From: Octopus sinensis | Lineage: Eukaryota | Length of the DNA: 33,708 nt | Direction of reading: 5' to 3' | NCBI RefSeq assembly: GCF_006345805.1 | Contig: NW_021831665.1 | Span: 1 to 33,708 of the forward strand | Shown here: positions 11,631 through 23,869 of the stretch, piece after piece | How positions within the stretch are numbered: position 1 is the stretch's first letter | Layout: each line of letters opens with the position of its first letter | Notes under the pieces: generated by a model | The model's input: the letters and a program-made list of their open reading frames with translations, nothing else | What the model was told of the DNA's origin: nothing | Database searches by the model: none | Program-made: the position numbers and the translations under genes

Positions 11631-13124
11631 CGTAGGCTATTTGTTCGGCAAAAGACAACGCACCGGGCGGCCACTACAAGCTAATGATGCGGCTGTTCAA
11701 TTGGGAATATGCTTGTCGCTATGTAATGTACTTCTCTCTAGCATTTGTTGTAGTGTAGATGCACATTAAATCTGTCCATCACAGTTGTAATAATTTTGAT
11801 AAATCACAAGGAGTCTTCGCAGGCACTCAACTGAGTAGCATAATCAAAATTTGTCTTTTCCACATCGACTAGATTTTTAGACATTGAGTTCAAAAGATTA
11901 TTCATTGATTGTAAATCCAAATGATCATTTTTTTAACGGGACCATTCAAATAGATTTTTGTCGAATGGTTGAGATTTGGGAATTAAATTTTCTTCTTTTT
12001 TTGTCATCTTGAAAGTAATTATTTATTCAGCATTTTTCAGTTTTCGAGTTTACATCATGCTAACAACCGTAGAACGTGTAATTATTCATTTTAAAAAAAT
12101 TAAATAAACAAGTGTAAAAATATTATATTTAATATTTTTATGTTACAAAATTTGAAGTAAGCTTACCAATTTATTATTCTAGAAATCCGGAACATTTTTG
12201 ATTTAATAATAAAAATATTCACGGAAAAAACAAGAAAATATCTTTAGTTAAATTAAACTAAGAAATGAAAAAATTAATTTATTCTCAAAATGCGATTGTA
12301 AAGAACAACTAAATACTTCACAATTTCGAATTTCCGATGCATAAGATGGCTCGGACTATCAAAGAAATTCGATTATATTTGAACTGAATAAACTTTATCT
12401 AAAAACTTTTGATTATTTCGATTTTCCCAAAAAGCATGTCAATGTTAATTTACAATCAATACTGATTTTGAAGGTTTCTTTCTTTCATTCGACCTCTTTC
12501 TTTGACCCAAATCGAATTCCCAATTGAAAATATTCTTTTACAGGAGCAGTAGTGCCAATGAAGCACAAAACATGTCATTAACAAATTGATCAAATAAATA
12601 GTCGACCGTTTAATCTTTGAATCCAATTACTTTATTAATTTTTTCTGGTAGATGCTTCTACATCAACCCATTCAATATCATTTTTTGTATCCAAAGAAGC
12701 ATTCCCCCGCTATAATTTTTTCCCCAAAATTCCGAATGAAAAAATTATCAAGTTCCAAAAGAATAGACTTGTTAATCTCCGAGTGATAGGTAAGGAAAAG
12801 TGCGCATCTTTAACCATTATTACATGGAAGCCAGCTGAAATATAAACCATATTTTTGCTGTTACTCGTGTTTTGTGGATTATATTGTTTTGTAAATAAAT
12901 CAGAGACCCACAAACGTAAGTAACAAAAGGATAATTAAAAAAGACTCTTGACTACTATTCAGCCACCTACACTAGCTAATCTGCATATAAAAAAAATACA
13001 TTTTTCTTTGAGACAACTTTAATTTTGTTCATTTTAACCAAAATGCAAAAAAAAAAAAAAAAAAAAAACTTTAATTTTATTTTTAAATTTTTTTGTCCAA
13101 ATAAAAAATCAAAAAGAATGCATG

Positions 13125-13194
13125 AGGCTCCGTGGGATCGAACCCAAGACCTTCTGTTTACTAGACAGACGCTCTACCACTGAGCCACGGAGCC
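13125..13194 (-). tRNA. tRNA-Thr (anticodon AGT), T-arm 2 nt shorter than canonical (possible pseudo-tRNA)
   Basis: GGCTCCGTGGCTCAGTGGTAGAGCGTCTGTCTAGTAAACAGAAGGTCTTGGGTTCGATCCCACGGAGCC-T. 7-bp acceptor stem, GCTC/GAGC D-stem, TCTGT/ACAGA anticodon stem with loop CTAGTAA, GTTCGA B-box. A T-run lies about 10 nt downstream (Pol III terminator-like). Confidence 0.85.
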
Positions 13195-13499
13195 TGTTAC
13201 TAAATTTCATTAATTTTTTTTAACTCCCATCTCTGACAATGATCCCAAAAGTTTCAAATACTGTTTGCAATTTTTTTTACTGACTATGAATATTCTATTG
13301 CGTAATTTAATAATTCTGTCGAATTTTTTGTTTACGTTACACTATTATCCTATTTTGTAAACAAATGAGAAAGACCGATAAGTGTATATAGAAATATATT
13401 TTTGTGGTATTTTTAATCGAATTAATTACTAAATAAGAACATCCTGTATCAATTTATTGTTGACAATTCTTTTGATTTTTATACTTCTTGCAATCACAA

Positions 13500-14600
13500 C
13501 GACTAATTTTATTTAAAATACGTTAATTACATTCATTAGAAGGCCTACAAAGATAAATGTAATTGATACTGTTCCAAATATATAAAATTTCTAAAATTTA
13601 CCAAATGAAATAAACTTTTGACGTCTAATTTGTCCTTATTTTCTAACCATATATTGCTTTTCGTTCCACAAGCTTTGAATTACGTATTTTTCTACCACTC
13701 CATATGGAAAAAAAAATTTTATTGTTATAGTTGCGAGGTCTTTGTCTCCATTAAATTTTTTGATTATGGCGAACTCTAAAAATAATTAAAATTTTTTGTT
13801 AAACTATTTCGGACTTTTTCGCATATATTTATAATCATACATACAAATTTCGGCCGAAGTGAAATTGTCAAATTTTGTTTCAATGTAGAAAAAGAAATAA
13901 TTGTTATAATAGTATATAAATTTGCATACTTGAATAAACGTTATCAAAATCTATCTTTAATTTTTCTAATACCAAAAAAGATTCTTTGGTCTTTTGATTG
14001 TATCCAATATCTGAAAGAAGCATTTATAATTATTAAGCGTAGGAGTTATTTGCTTTATGAAATCCATATTTTTCGCCGTTTCTCATCTATTTATTTAAGA
14101 ATAAAAATAAACTATTTCTATTTTTCCTCTAACGCTTGTCCAGAGCCTTTTTCTATAAAATCTAAATGTTCCACTCTTCATAAAATTTCCCATATATTAC
14201 CTCTGGCAATTCTAAAATATATTTTCTAAATCTCAAACCTTGATACCAAATGTCATAGCTTTTATTTCCACAATTCATGCTGTAAGAGTTATATTATCAA
14301 TTTTAAATGCTTTAATTATTTCTAGAAATTCATTTAAAAATTTTTTACCAGTCAAATTTAGACATTTTGGATCTTCAAAAAGAGTCCATTGACAAATAAA
14401 ATAATTCTAAAACAACATTTGAGATTATCATAGCATTACCTTTCCCTATTGCAATTGAAAAAAAAACTGTAATAATAACATTTAAACAATCGCAAGAAAA
14501 TGCCTTATAAATGTTGTATTTGATAAATTGACACGTTTCCTTCCTCAATAAATACGCCAATTTTAGATAAAAATAAGAGAAAATTTATTGCTATTTTAAA
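13500..14600 (-). pseudogene. Decayed paralog 1 of an unidentified lineage-specific protein family
   Basis: Collinear similarity to 15653-16680 (e.g. IFLRLFKC vs VF*RLVEC, EDPKCLNLT vs GDPKCFNVT, IWYQG vs IWYNG), a shared intron position (14407-14439), and stops and frameshifts. Confidence 0.4.
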
Positions 14601-15652
14601 TAATTTCAAGTGAGTTATTAAGGTAATAAAAAATAAATTCGTATTTTTATTGGGAGACCACAGCCAACATGACTCCTTACAATTACTAATGGGTACTTTT
14701 TCCGTGATTATTCAGCTTTGATGTTGCTCAATATATCAAGTCTATCAAAAACATAAAATCTTATTTTCATAATTTTCGATTTTTTCTTAGTGGGTTATAT
14801 GCCAAACACATTCATTGTTATGTTTGTTCAAGGCGACAGTTCCTACTGTCAGTTCACCAAGTAAAATAATCAAAAAATCATAAAAATCGATCGAATCTCC
14901 GAAGCCAATTTTGAAGAACCAAATGTACAAATGTACGAATGCATGATTGTACGAATGCATGAGTTGATCAGGAAAGTCAGCGGATCAATATCACCATACT
15001 GAACAAGTCGGGATTGAGACTAACCCACTCATCATTAATGAAATGCTTAAGAAAAGGATAAAAATAGTCGATATTACTATTTCAAGGACATGGCGGGGGG
15101 TGGTTGAGGATAATGAGTAGGCTCGTGTGTTTAATTTATTAAATGTAAATAATTTATTTGAATATGAAAAATATGCTTGTTCTTTTATCACTGCAACAGA
15201 AAATAGCACAAATCAATTTCCTAATCTCAAGGGTAGAAAACGAGTCTCTCAAAGTATTACTTTCCTCCCAATCTCGACAAGTTTCGTATTAAGAATCTAG
15301 TAGAGGCTACTAAATCTGTTTCAGGCCACATAAAGAACACAATTAGAATCATCCTCTAACTAAGCCTATGCATAAGTTATATCCTGTAAATTCTTTTTAC
15401 CCAAATACTTAAAGTTTTTAGAACGATTATTTTATTTGCGACCAGGAAAAGTTAGAAAACAAGAAAAAACTTTCCCGATACAAAAATAGAGGAATTTAAA
15501 TCAACATTAAAATTAATTACTAAACGGAAATTAATCAAGATTGTATTTTAATTAATAGCTAATTAAATTTTCACAGAATTCCGATCTGTTTTCAAACTCC
15601 GGAAGTTGCTTTCTTATCATTATTAATTTGTTTTGACCTAGGATATTAAAAT

Positions 15653-16680
15653 TTATTTAATTACTTGTATCATAATGCACAAAAGAATCAAAATTGCAAT
15701 GACTATATACCCACATATATATAAATCTATAATATTATAACCATTTGGACTTTTCATTGTTTTTATTTCCACGTTAGTTGAAATTAGTACGTTTCTGTGT
15801 GACCATAGGGTAGCACAAATGTAATTATTATTGTTGTAAGTGAACCTAAGATTCCATTTGGTGTAGTGAAACAAATTCTAAATAAATGATTATAATTTCA
15901 AAACTTTTTTCGATTTTTCTACAAGCTTGGAATTGCGGGACACATAATAGGAAGAGGTAAAATTCTCTGTTCTTGTTTTTATATTAAAATGGTAAAAATT
16001 GGTATACATAACTTACGTCAAGATTTTCATAAATGTTATCAAAATCTATTTTTTATATACCAAAAAATTAAAATACCAAAAAATATTTCTTTCGTTTGTC
16101 ATTATCCAAAATCTGTATTGACTCCAAACTTTTAGTGTATCGTAATCAATGTTTGTTTTAAATTGATAAGAAGCATTCCCGTTTTTCTTTTAATAATACA
16201 TACAAAAAATACAAGTGTTATTCTCTGTGGATTCTTGGAGAGATTCTTCCTACCGAATAAAACACGATCACGATTTTCAATATTCGATTCTCATAAAACA
16301 CGGAGGGTAATTCTGCAATTTTTATCAAAGATTCTAACCATTGTACCAAATTATATAATAGTTTTCCACAATATTTTTTAAAAATACTTGATGGATTGAT
16401 TTTAAAGTCATTAGTTATTTCTAAAGTTATATTTTTTAAAGTTTTTTATAGTCACATTAAAGCATTTTGGGTCACCAGTAAGCGTTCCATTTGACAAAAA
16501 TATTAAATCTAATAATAGGTTATATTCGAACTATTACCTTGCATAAAATGATTTCAATAATAAAAATAGCACAAACATTCTACCAATCGTTAGAAAACTG
16601 GCTTATCGCTATTTATATATAAAATAAAACATTTCCCTATTACGATTATTTTGGAAATTCCAATTTAAGAAATTAGAGAA
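15653..16680 (-). pseudogene. Decayed paralog 2 of the same family, ending in a hydrophobic C-terminal anchor
   Basis: Intron 16509-16537. C-terminus ...STNVEIKTMKSPNGYNIIDLYICGYIVIAILILLCIMIQVIK*. Stops and frameshifts upstream. Confidence 0.45.
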
Positions 16681-17567
16681 TAGCTTCTATTCCTCTTATC
16701 AAAAGACAACAAAAAATGGTCAGGACAGTCTCTATTTCTGCAAGTCCCCTATACGAATCATTGTTTAACTACTTTAAAAATCGTCCGCTTTTTGAGCTAT
16801 CGACATGCCTTTTCAGAAGAGCCATCCAGGACTCTCGTCCACGTCGGGAAAAATCTTCATTGCCATGGTCTGGGATCACTAGTTAGGACTTTGCTCTTTT
16901 TCCTTATAACCCGGTGATCCTGGGGTAACAATAAATAAAAGATTGTTTTGGACGTTATGTTAATATTATCAGAGATATATTCGATGATTATAATTACACT
17001 ATCTACTCGACAAAAGGCAGATCCATTTGGGGCATCAATTTTGAAAAATTTCCCCAAAAATTGAGGTCTGAAATTTTCTTCAGTTTTATAAACATTTCAA
17101 TAGCGTTAGCATATTTTTCATAAGTAAAGTATTTTTAAGAAAATTTAAATATGATTCTCACTAATTTTATTGATAATTAGAGTATTTTTAAGTAGAAACA
17201 AATTTTTATTCTAATACACAAACATTATCTGTTATTTTGTTTCCTGTTGCAGATTTCTTCATATGTATGTCAAATATTTTTCTGAAATTGTAATAGTCTT
17301 TTAACGCATCGGGAAACAAACGGTGAATATTCTCTTCAAGGTTAATCATTGCTGTTATCGTGTCCAACAGTTGTTTAATTTTCAGCAAGTGTCCAAATTT
17401 TCTTTCTAACTGTCACTGGGAAAATCTGTTTGAACAGGCTTAGTATTAAAAAAGTTGAAATATTTTTTTAATACGTGACACAGCGCCTAAAAATTTAATT
17501 CTGTACTTAGAGGTTGCTGTAATTTCTAAATTTGGAAATTACCACATAAAAATTATATCTTTTTCAA

Positions 17568-17720
17568 ATGGCGAGTCTGGACATTGTGGATTGGTCGTCC
17601 CGCGAGGGTAATTTTATTCCATTTTTTAAAGTGAAGGACTATTTTCGGTTATTTATTAATCATCATTTACGGCTCTGTTTTTAGTGTTGAGGGAAATTTC
17701 TTTATGTTTGGCAAAGATGA
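17568..17720 (+). pseudogene. Possible 5' fragment of a SAM-domain gene (CNK-like N-terminus)
   Basis: ATG 17568. Removing the 24-nt GT-AG 17608-17631 gives MASLDIVDWSSREVKDYF, which fits the SAM W..x.V..W/Y pattern. The frame collapses afterwards. Confidence 0.3.
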
Positions 17721-18730
17721 AAGATTCTTCCTTTGTTTTGTTTTAGCAAACGATAACATAAAACCATATGACAAAACTAGAATTGATTTAAACATCAGAA
17801 TTGTTGTAGTCGAAAAGCTTGTAGTTGAATTTGTACGCAGTCGCGTGGTTGTAGACCTTTGCTGTGGTCAGACTATTTCCTAAGTAATATCTCAAAATGG
17901 CATTGTGTGCTGGAATGGGGCAATTGTAGACATTCGTTTAAAGTAAGCAGTAACTTCCTGTTTTATCATTCTATTTATAACCCCCAAGCTTGCACAACAT
18001 GGCAAGCCCAGCACAAACAGTCACGACTAACTAATCAAATGAAGGAGCAAGGAACGAAGGGATTGGTTGTGCCGATCAACATTAGCCTCGAAATCTTCAT
18101 TACAGCCATCCGTCTCCAAAGAGAGGTGGGGAATTCTGATATGTCCAGTTCCCATTTGTCAACCTTCTACCGTAGCTCACCGCAATTCATTTGAATCCGG
18201 ACAGGTTTTTGCATAATGGAGATTCTTCATCGGTAATGTGATCAGGGGAAGGTAGGAGGTCCCCCTTTCGACATCTGTGTCGGGCCAGATGGACTCATCG
18301 CCTCACAGGTGGGGAACGTTGACAAGATTTGACCCCGGATGAAAACTTGGTTCCATCGGATTTGAACCCACGACGTTTGAATTCCAACATCCATAGTCTT
18401 CAGCCAACGGGGTTTTATCATTCTTCATTGTTCGTAACCCAGAAAAGAGCTTTCACACTTACCGAAAGGTGGTATACAGGTGAAGCTATCAAACCACCAA
18501 TCTCTTTCGAAACTCTCATTGAGAAGAATACAAAAGGGCATCAATGGTATAAAGAAACGAACGATCTTGTGTGGGCTCAAGAGAGCAGCACAGAGCGAAG
18601 CTGAGAGCAATGATCAAATTCGTCGGGATCACCTAGTTAGTTTTTTCTTTTGGTTAACGGTGGTCTTTGGAATAAATTTTGATTTGATATTATTTTAACC
18701 AAACAGGATAGAGTAGTAGGTAAGACAGGT

Positions 18731-18809
18731 GTAATGAGTGTTCTAACTGATGTCGATGTGACTTTTTAATGACTATTTATGCAGTTCTTTGTAGAGTAAT
18801 GTTGTATGC
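18731..18809 (+). repeat. 79-bp perfect direct repeat, left copy (right copy 19662-19740), flanking a MULE
   Basis: GTAATGAGTGTTCTAACTG...GTAATGTTGTATGC is identical at both positions. Confidence 0.97.
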
Positions 18810-19661
18810 CGTTGAGCGACAACTCGTCTACAGGCGAGTTGTCGCCTAACTCGCCTAAATTTATTTGGCGACAACTCGTCTACGAAGTTTCAAATTTCAA
18901 TAAGACATTTTCCACAATGATGAAAGCTAAATGGTAGCATTTCCTCAATAATTTTCGTTCCCACGATGAAACGTCTTTGTAGGCTCCCACAAGACCAAGA
19001 CATTGTATTTTCCGCCATATCATTTGGCCGAAATGGAAATTGCAGCCAAATACATTAGACGACGAAAAAACTGATTTTGTGGAGTTAATTAACCCCTTTT
19101 CAAAATCAATTCTATATCGCAAACTTTCAGGAATTTTAGGAATGGTCGGAACAAAATTTGGTATCAGTGTCTCTTTCCCGTTGAACGAGACGAGTCAATG
19201 AACGTTCCTTGGCAATATTTTAATGACGTCAAAATGGCTCCAATGAGGCTTCTTGACACCACATTCATAGTTCTGTCTTCTGACGCCTTTGCGGCATCTT
19301 TCAGGTCAGAAACTAGTTTCATGCTTTTATCTCATGATCCTCAAAGGGGCCATGGTTATGAGCATTTTTGTGCTCAACATGTTTTGAGCATCCACCGTGC
19401 ACCTCGCCCTGCATTCTCGATTTCTGCACCTCCAATAGGTAAGACCGTCTTTTTTTCTATCTGTATTATACAAATAGTTCCGGTGTAGTAAAAGTTTGCC
19501 ATTTCTTTGACTTTTAAGCAGTTCAAAGTCAGTCATAATAAAGATTAAAGTAAAAAAATGTTGAAATTTTAATTAATTAGATTTAATCTGGTAAAAATAA
19601 AATTTTTTATTTATTTTATGTAGGCAAGTTGTCTCGTCTATAGGCGAGTTGTCGCATAGCC
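18810..19661 (-). mobile_element. Mutator-like element (MULE) with FLYWCH zinc finger (Phantom-like), internally deleted
   Basis: FELLKSQRNGKLLLHRNYLY..TYWRCRNRECRARC..HNH (FLYWCH) and DFEKGLIN..VF..GCNFHFGQMIWRKIQCLGL (MULE CxxH). Both ends are built from the repeated motif GCGACAACTCG(C/T)CTA in both orientations. Confidence 0.85.
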
Positions 19662-19740
19662 GTAATGAGTGTTCTAACTGATGTCGATGTGACTTTTTAA
19701 TGACTATTTATGCAGTTCTTTGTAGAGTAATGTTGTATGC
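19662..19740 (+). repeat. 79-bp perfect direct repeat, right copy
   Basis: Identical to 18731-18809. Confidence 0.97.
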
Positions 19741-20069
19741 ATATGAGTTCTGTTTTGCGTGTTTTAAAAGGGAGGGATGATGTATTAGTAAGTCTAAAGT
19801 TGAAAAGCGTAGGCCGGACGTAATAATGGGGCTGTAAATAATATTTACTAATCATTACTAGCAAGTGTAGTGTTTAATGTATCCCTACTCAAGCACGTCC
19901 ATTCCCAGTTCTTGTAGTATTCAACAGGCATGAAACGAAAATTGTTGTTTTTCTAGAAAGAGAGTGTAGGGGAAAATATAAAATACGTGGAGGACAGTCA
20001 GTTCAGTCCTGGCATTGTGGAAGCAACAAAAACATGTGACCTTCAATGACGTATTCGATTTAAATAATA

Positions 20070-20950
20070 CAATCAACCCTTGTTAATCCGAAAAATTCAA
20101 ATCGATTTTACCTTCGGATTATGAAGGAATCTAAAATTTATGTGAACGTTAGATAAATGATCAGATTATTGATCAAATTACTAATCTGTTTATAAATACC
20201 TTTATTTTTTGAAAAATCGAATAAAGTTCTTTGTATAGTGTTTTTTTGATTAATTTTTGTAAATCATCCGAGATGTGTTTCAAATTTTTTACAATATCGT
20301 TTGTTATATTTTGAGAAAAGCAATTCGAACAAGAACTTGATTTGATGGCAATTTGAATGGCATCAAATAAAGTGGTTGGGCTAATATCGTAATCATCAGC
20401 ATTGAGTATGATATCTTCAACAGTGTATTCTTCTTGAAACAGTGCAATGGTTTCATCGTCATCAATGACTTTTTCTGTTTGAAACATATCTTCTTCAATC
20501 ATAATTTAGTCTAGCTCATTATTGCGTGCCTCAATAATTGTATCTGGAGACAACTCTTCTCCAGCATAAGACTCATCAAGACGTTGAATAATTCCAACTT
20601 TTTGAAACAATTACTGATGGTTGCTTGTTTCACACTTGTCCAAACTTTGTGAAGTAAAAATATTGCATGTCATCAGCATCATTCATTAAATTTGTTTCTT
20701 CGTGAAAAACTTTCAATTTCAAATTGAACCGATTTTGAATTTTTGAATTTATATAAAAACTTCAGTCCTATTTCTAACCATAGAATTACGAAAAGCGTGC
20801 TGTAAAAAATTTAAAAAATTAATTACAAAAAATTAATCAACAAAATTTTTTTTAATAATAATAAACAAAATTAATCCGAAAATATTTTAATCATAGAGTT
20901 TGGATTGCGGATTATTGTTTTTTAGGGAGAATTGATTCAAATTTGGCAGG
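20070..20950 (-). mobile_element. pogo/Tigger-like element, internally deleted
   Basis: TA followed by CAATCAACCCTTGTTAATCCGAA, a TIR variant, at 20070. Acidic C-terminal ORF 20173-20502. 20750-20946 is an inverted homolog of 26390-26580. Confidence 0.72.
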
Positions 20951-22194
20951 AAAAAGTTTTGTTAGATTGGACAAATCAATTCGAATGAGGTTCCCAGTGT
21001 CCTTTCATCTGTCCCCTACAACGAGAAGAACTTGTTGTTCTGGAATCGGAGACTCCTGGGAAGACTTATCCCCTTCAGAGCATTCAAAGACTTTCAATTC
21101 AAGTGGTCCCAGGATATTCTTCTGCACATGCAGAACATTTGTTTCGGAGGGAAATGTCGACATTCTTCTCCCACCTTTCTACAAATCTCAACCCTATTTC
21201 TTGGCCATCCCCAAAGTCATTACTCCAGAGGACCTGTGTTTGTTATTGACCTCGATTTCCTGGAGATGGACTTGGTTGCTGATCTGGTGGGCCGACAGTT
21301 GACCGGTGAGGAGAAGTATGAGAATTTGGTCACCCACAGCATCGTAAATCCACTGCAGGGGTCTCATGGTGATTCCCATCTACTAAAAGAGTATTTGAGG
21401 CTGATACTGTGATGTCATTACTGCAATGGTCGTGTTTTTTGTGTGACTTATAAGCATGTTATTATCTGCTATTAGTCTTGTTGTAAATCGATAGATGTCC
21501 ATTGAAATTTAGTCGCCCTGTCCGTCTCACTAGTTACTATGCCCAAATGTCTGCTACCCAGAAACATCCCACGCTGGTCCACGTTGCTATTCGTCACAAC
21601 CAGACCATGTCCTTCCGTCTAGATGTATCACTCATTCATAAGCAATAGAAGCGTCTCACTAGAGCAGATGTGTTCAGAATGGTCAACAGTATTCTCTGTG
21701 AGTACGAGAAACATTTTTTCGGACTGCATTACGTCGACTCTCAATAGTGAATATGGGAAGGGTGTATTTGATTCATTTCACAATAAATATTTGTATGATG
21801 GAGAACGTAGGATAAAAGCAGGTTAGTTGTGTGTTTGCATTGCAGTGTATATATGCGGGCATGTGATTGTATTTTTGCTGATAATTCTTCTGTCGTTGTT
21901 TGTAGCCTACAATTGATATTCTCATTTGTTTCTTTAATGCTAAATCGATTAATTAAACAAATTAATATATTTAATGTATGGGAAATGAGGTTGAATTGGC
22001 CATCACTGTATAAAGAAGGGACACTGTGTATTATTTAGAACAATTTAGTTATTGATAAAGCTATTAATCTGGCATTATATGAAAGTATGCTTATCAAAAT
22101 CAATTTTTATTTCTGAATATTATTAGAATACATTAACACAAAATGTTTTGATTTATTATTAATTTCAATATGTTAAAAACTTAATTAATTGCAA

Positions 22195-22325
22195 AATGTT
22201 CAATGACTGTAAACCCATATATAAATTTATAATATAACATAACCATTAGGACTTTTTATTGTTTTTATTTCCACATTAGTAGAAATTAAGTATGTTTCTG
22301 TGTAACCAAAAAGGAGCACAAATGA
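22195..22325 (-). repeat. Third copy of the C-terminal part of the unknown membrane-protein family
   Basis: About 130-bp homolog of about 15690-15820 (LISTNVEIKTIKSPNGY vs LISTNVEIKTMKSPNGY). Confidence 0.65.
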
Positions 22326-22329
22326 CAAA

Positions 22330-22720
22330 CTCGAGAAAAAGAGAAAGGAAGCTTTCAAAAACATTGTTTCTCGCGGTATAAAAATTAATAAAAAATGGAA
22401 AAACAATGAAGATAGGCCATCAGAAGGTGATCTTGTACTTCTACGTACAGATAATGACACCATATCCGTTGTATGACAAGATATCCGTTGTATGACGGAA
22501 TTTATTCCACTAAACACAAGATCATCAGTGTGGACAAGGATAGATGTTCTTTAGGAGAAAATGGTGAGATTGTTCGAATTTACACATCTCAAAACTTAAA
22601 ACAATTAAAAAATAACTTATTTAACTCTATAAAAATTTACTCAAAATTAAAATTTAGATTAGGTTTGGCAATTAAGGTCATGTACGATAAAAGCTAAGTT
22701 CTGGTCCAGGCGTTTGTTAT
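22330..22720 (+). mobile_element. Probable Ginger/integrase C-terminal fragment
   Basis: EGDLVLLRTDND..TRYPLYDG..IISV..QNLKQL resembles integrase C-terminal domains. A possible decayed terminal repeat lies near 22700-22722. Confidence 0.45.
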
Positions 22721-23229
22721 ACGTGGGTTTAGAGCTAGAAATTGTTTTAATTATTTTCTATATATTAAAATACAAATTCTATAAGCACATATCATAATTA
22801 TAAGCCTTTATATATAATAAATTGTTAAGTTCCAACTACTTTATTTAAAGTTGTCTGTTTGCGGTTTGTTTTGTTTTCTAACAGACTTTAAAAAAATATT
22901 TAAAAAATCAACCACTCATCAAGTAATCAATAAAGTACGAATTTTATGACCTGATAATATAGATTAATCGATAGATAAGAAAATGAGTAAGTTTCATAAA
23001 CGGACTGTGAAATATAACAATATATTTTTGCTGCCATTTGTAGTCTATGGATTCCATAGTTTTATTCTAAGCAACCTCAAAAAATTTAATGATTTTTTAG
23101 AACAAAAAAATTGACTTAGCTTTTACCCTACATGACCTTAATCACCAAACCTAATGACATTATGAGGTACAGTTCGAACTTTAAGTCTCTTTTATTCTCT
23201 AAAAAGAACACGAAGAAGGCAATAAAAAA

Positions 23230-23352
23230 AAGAACTTGGTTTTCCAGGGGGCCGCAGTACTGGCTGGAGTCATTCAGAACAATGAATCCGCCTGGGTCAC
23301 ACAAAAGGAGTATAGAGAGCAGGGAGTCAGATGTATGGCTAAACTTAAATAA
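23230..23352 (+). pseudogene. ACTR2: Isolated actin-related protein 2 C-terminal fragment
   Basis: KNLVFQGAAVLAGVIQNNESAWVTQKEYREQGVRCMAKLK* aligns to the Arp2 C-terminus (RKHMVFLGGAVLA..W..EY.E.GVR). No intact upstream exons are visible. Confidence 0.7.
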
Positions 23353-23869
23353 AACTAATTTAATTTAAACCAGGATATATCTAATTATAATAATTGGTTT
23401 TAAATAATTAATAATAATTAAGATAAAAAACTCTAATTTCAAGAATATTCTGCTAAACCATTTAAAGACAAATTTATTAAATTTTACGACAAATTTATTA
23501 AATAGCATGATAGAAAATCGCTTCTTTTGTAATATATGTGTCAGATCGGTTAGGTAAGAAAACTAAATTGTCAGACACTTTATCCTAACTATCTCATAGT
23601 TTGCCTTTGAACAAAAGTCCACGACTCAAAAAAATTTCTTGAATAAGTTTATCATTCTGTCAATTTTGTTTACAAAATGCTAGGTGATTGGGAGTTTATG
23701 TAGCTTACAAATCAGTAAATTGATTTATTAATACAATGTTCACTGAGATTTTGAGATGAACTTCAATTCTGAGATGAAATTTTAATGAAGAAATTTTACA
23801 ATTTTTATACACGTAGAGTAATGTTCAGAAATGTTGACTTATCATGAGACAAAAAGTCTATATCATATA

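Noticed and set aside
12300-12913. Cyclic-nucleotide-gated/EAG channel S5 segment (INLLMTCFVLHWHYC..SIGNSIWV) on the minus strand
   Set aside because: There is no convincing S4 or pore motif and no consistent spliced frame. The resemblance may be chance.
13047-13194. tRNA-derived SINE with poly(A) tail
   Set aside because: The 22-A run is on the strand opposite the tRNA, and there is no SINE body or TSD.
18815-18885. CRISPR-like array of GCGACAACTCG repeats
   Set aside because: The repeats occur in mixed orientation with no regular spacers and are mirrored at the other end of the element. They are MULE terminal motifs.
18730-19741. The 79-bp repeats as LTRs of a small LTR element
   Set aside because: TG..CA appears only when flanking bases of different copies are combined. 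There is no outer TSD, PBS or PPT, and the interior is a MULE.
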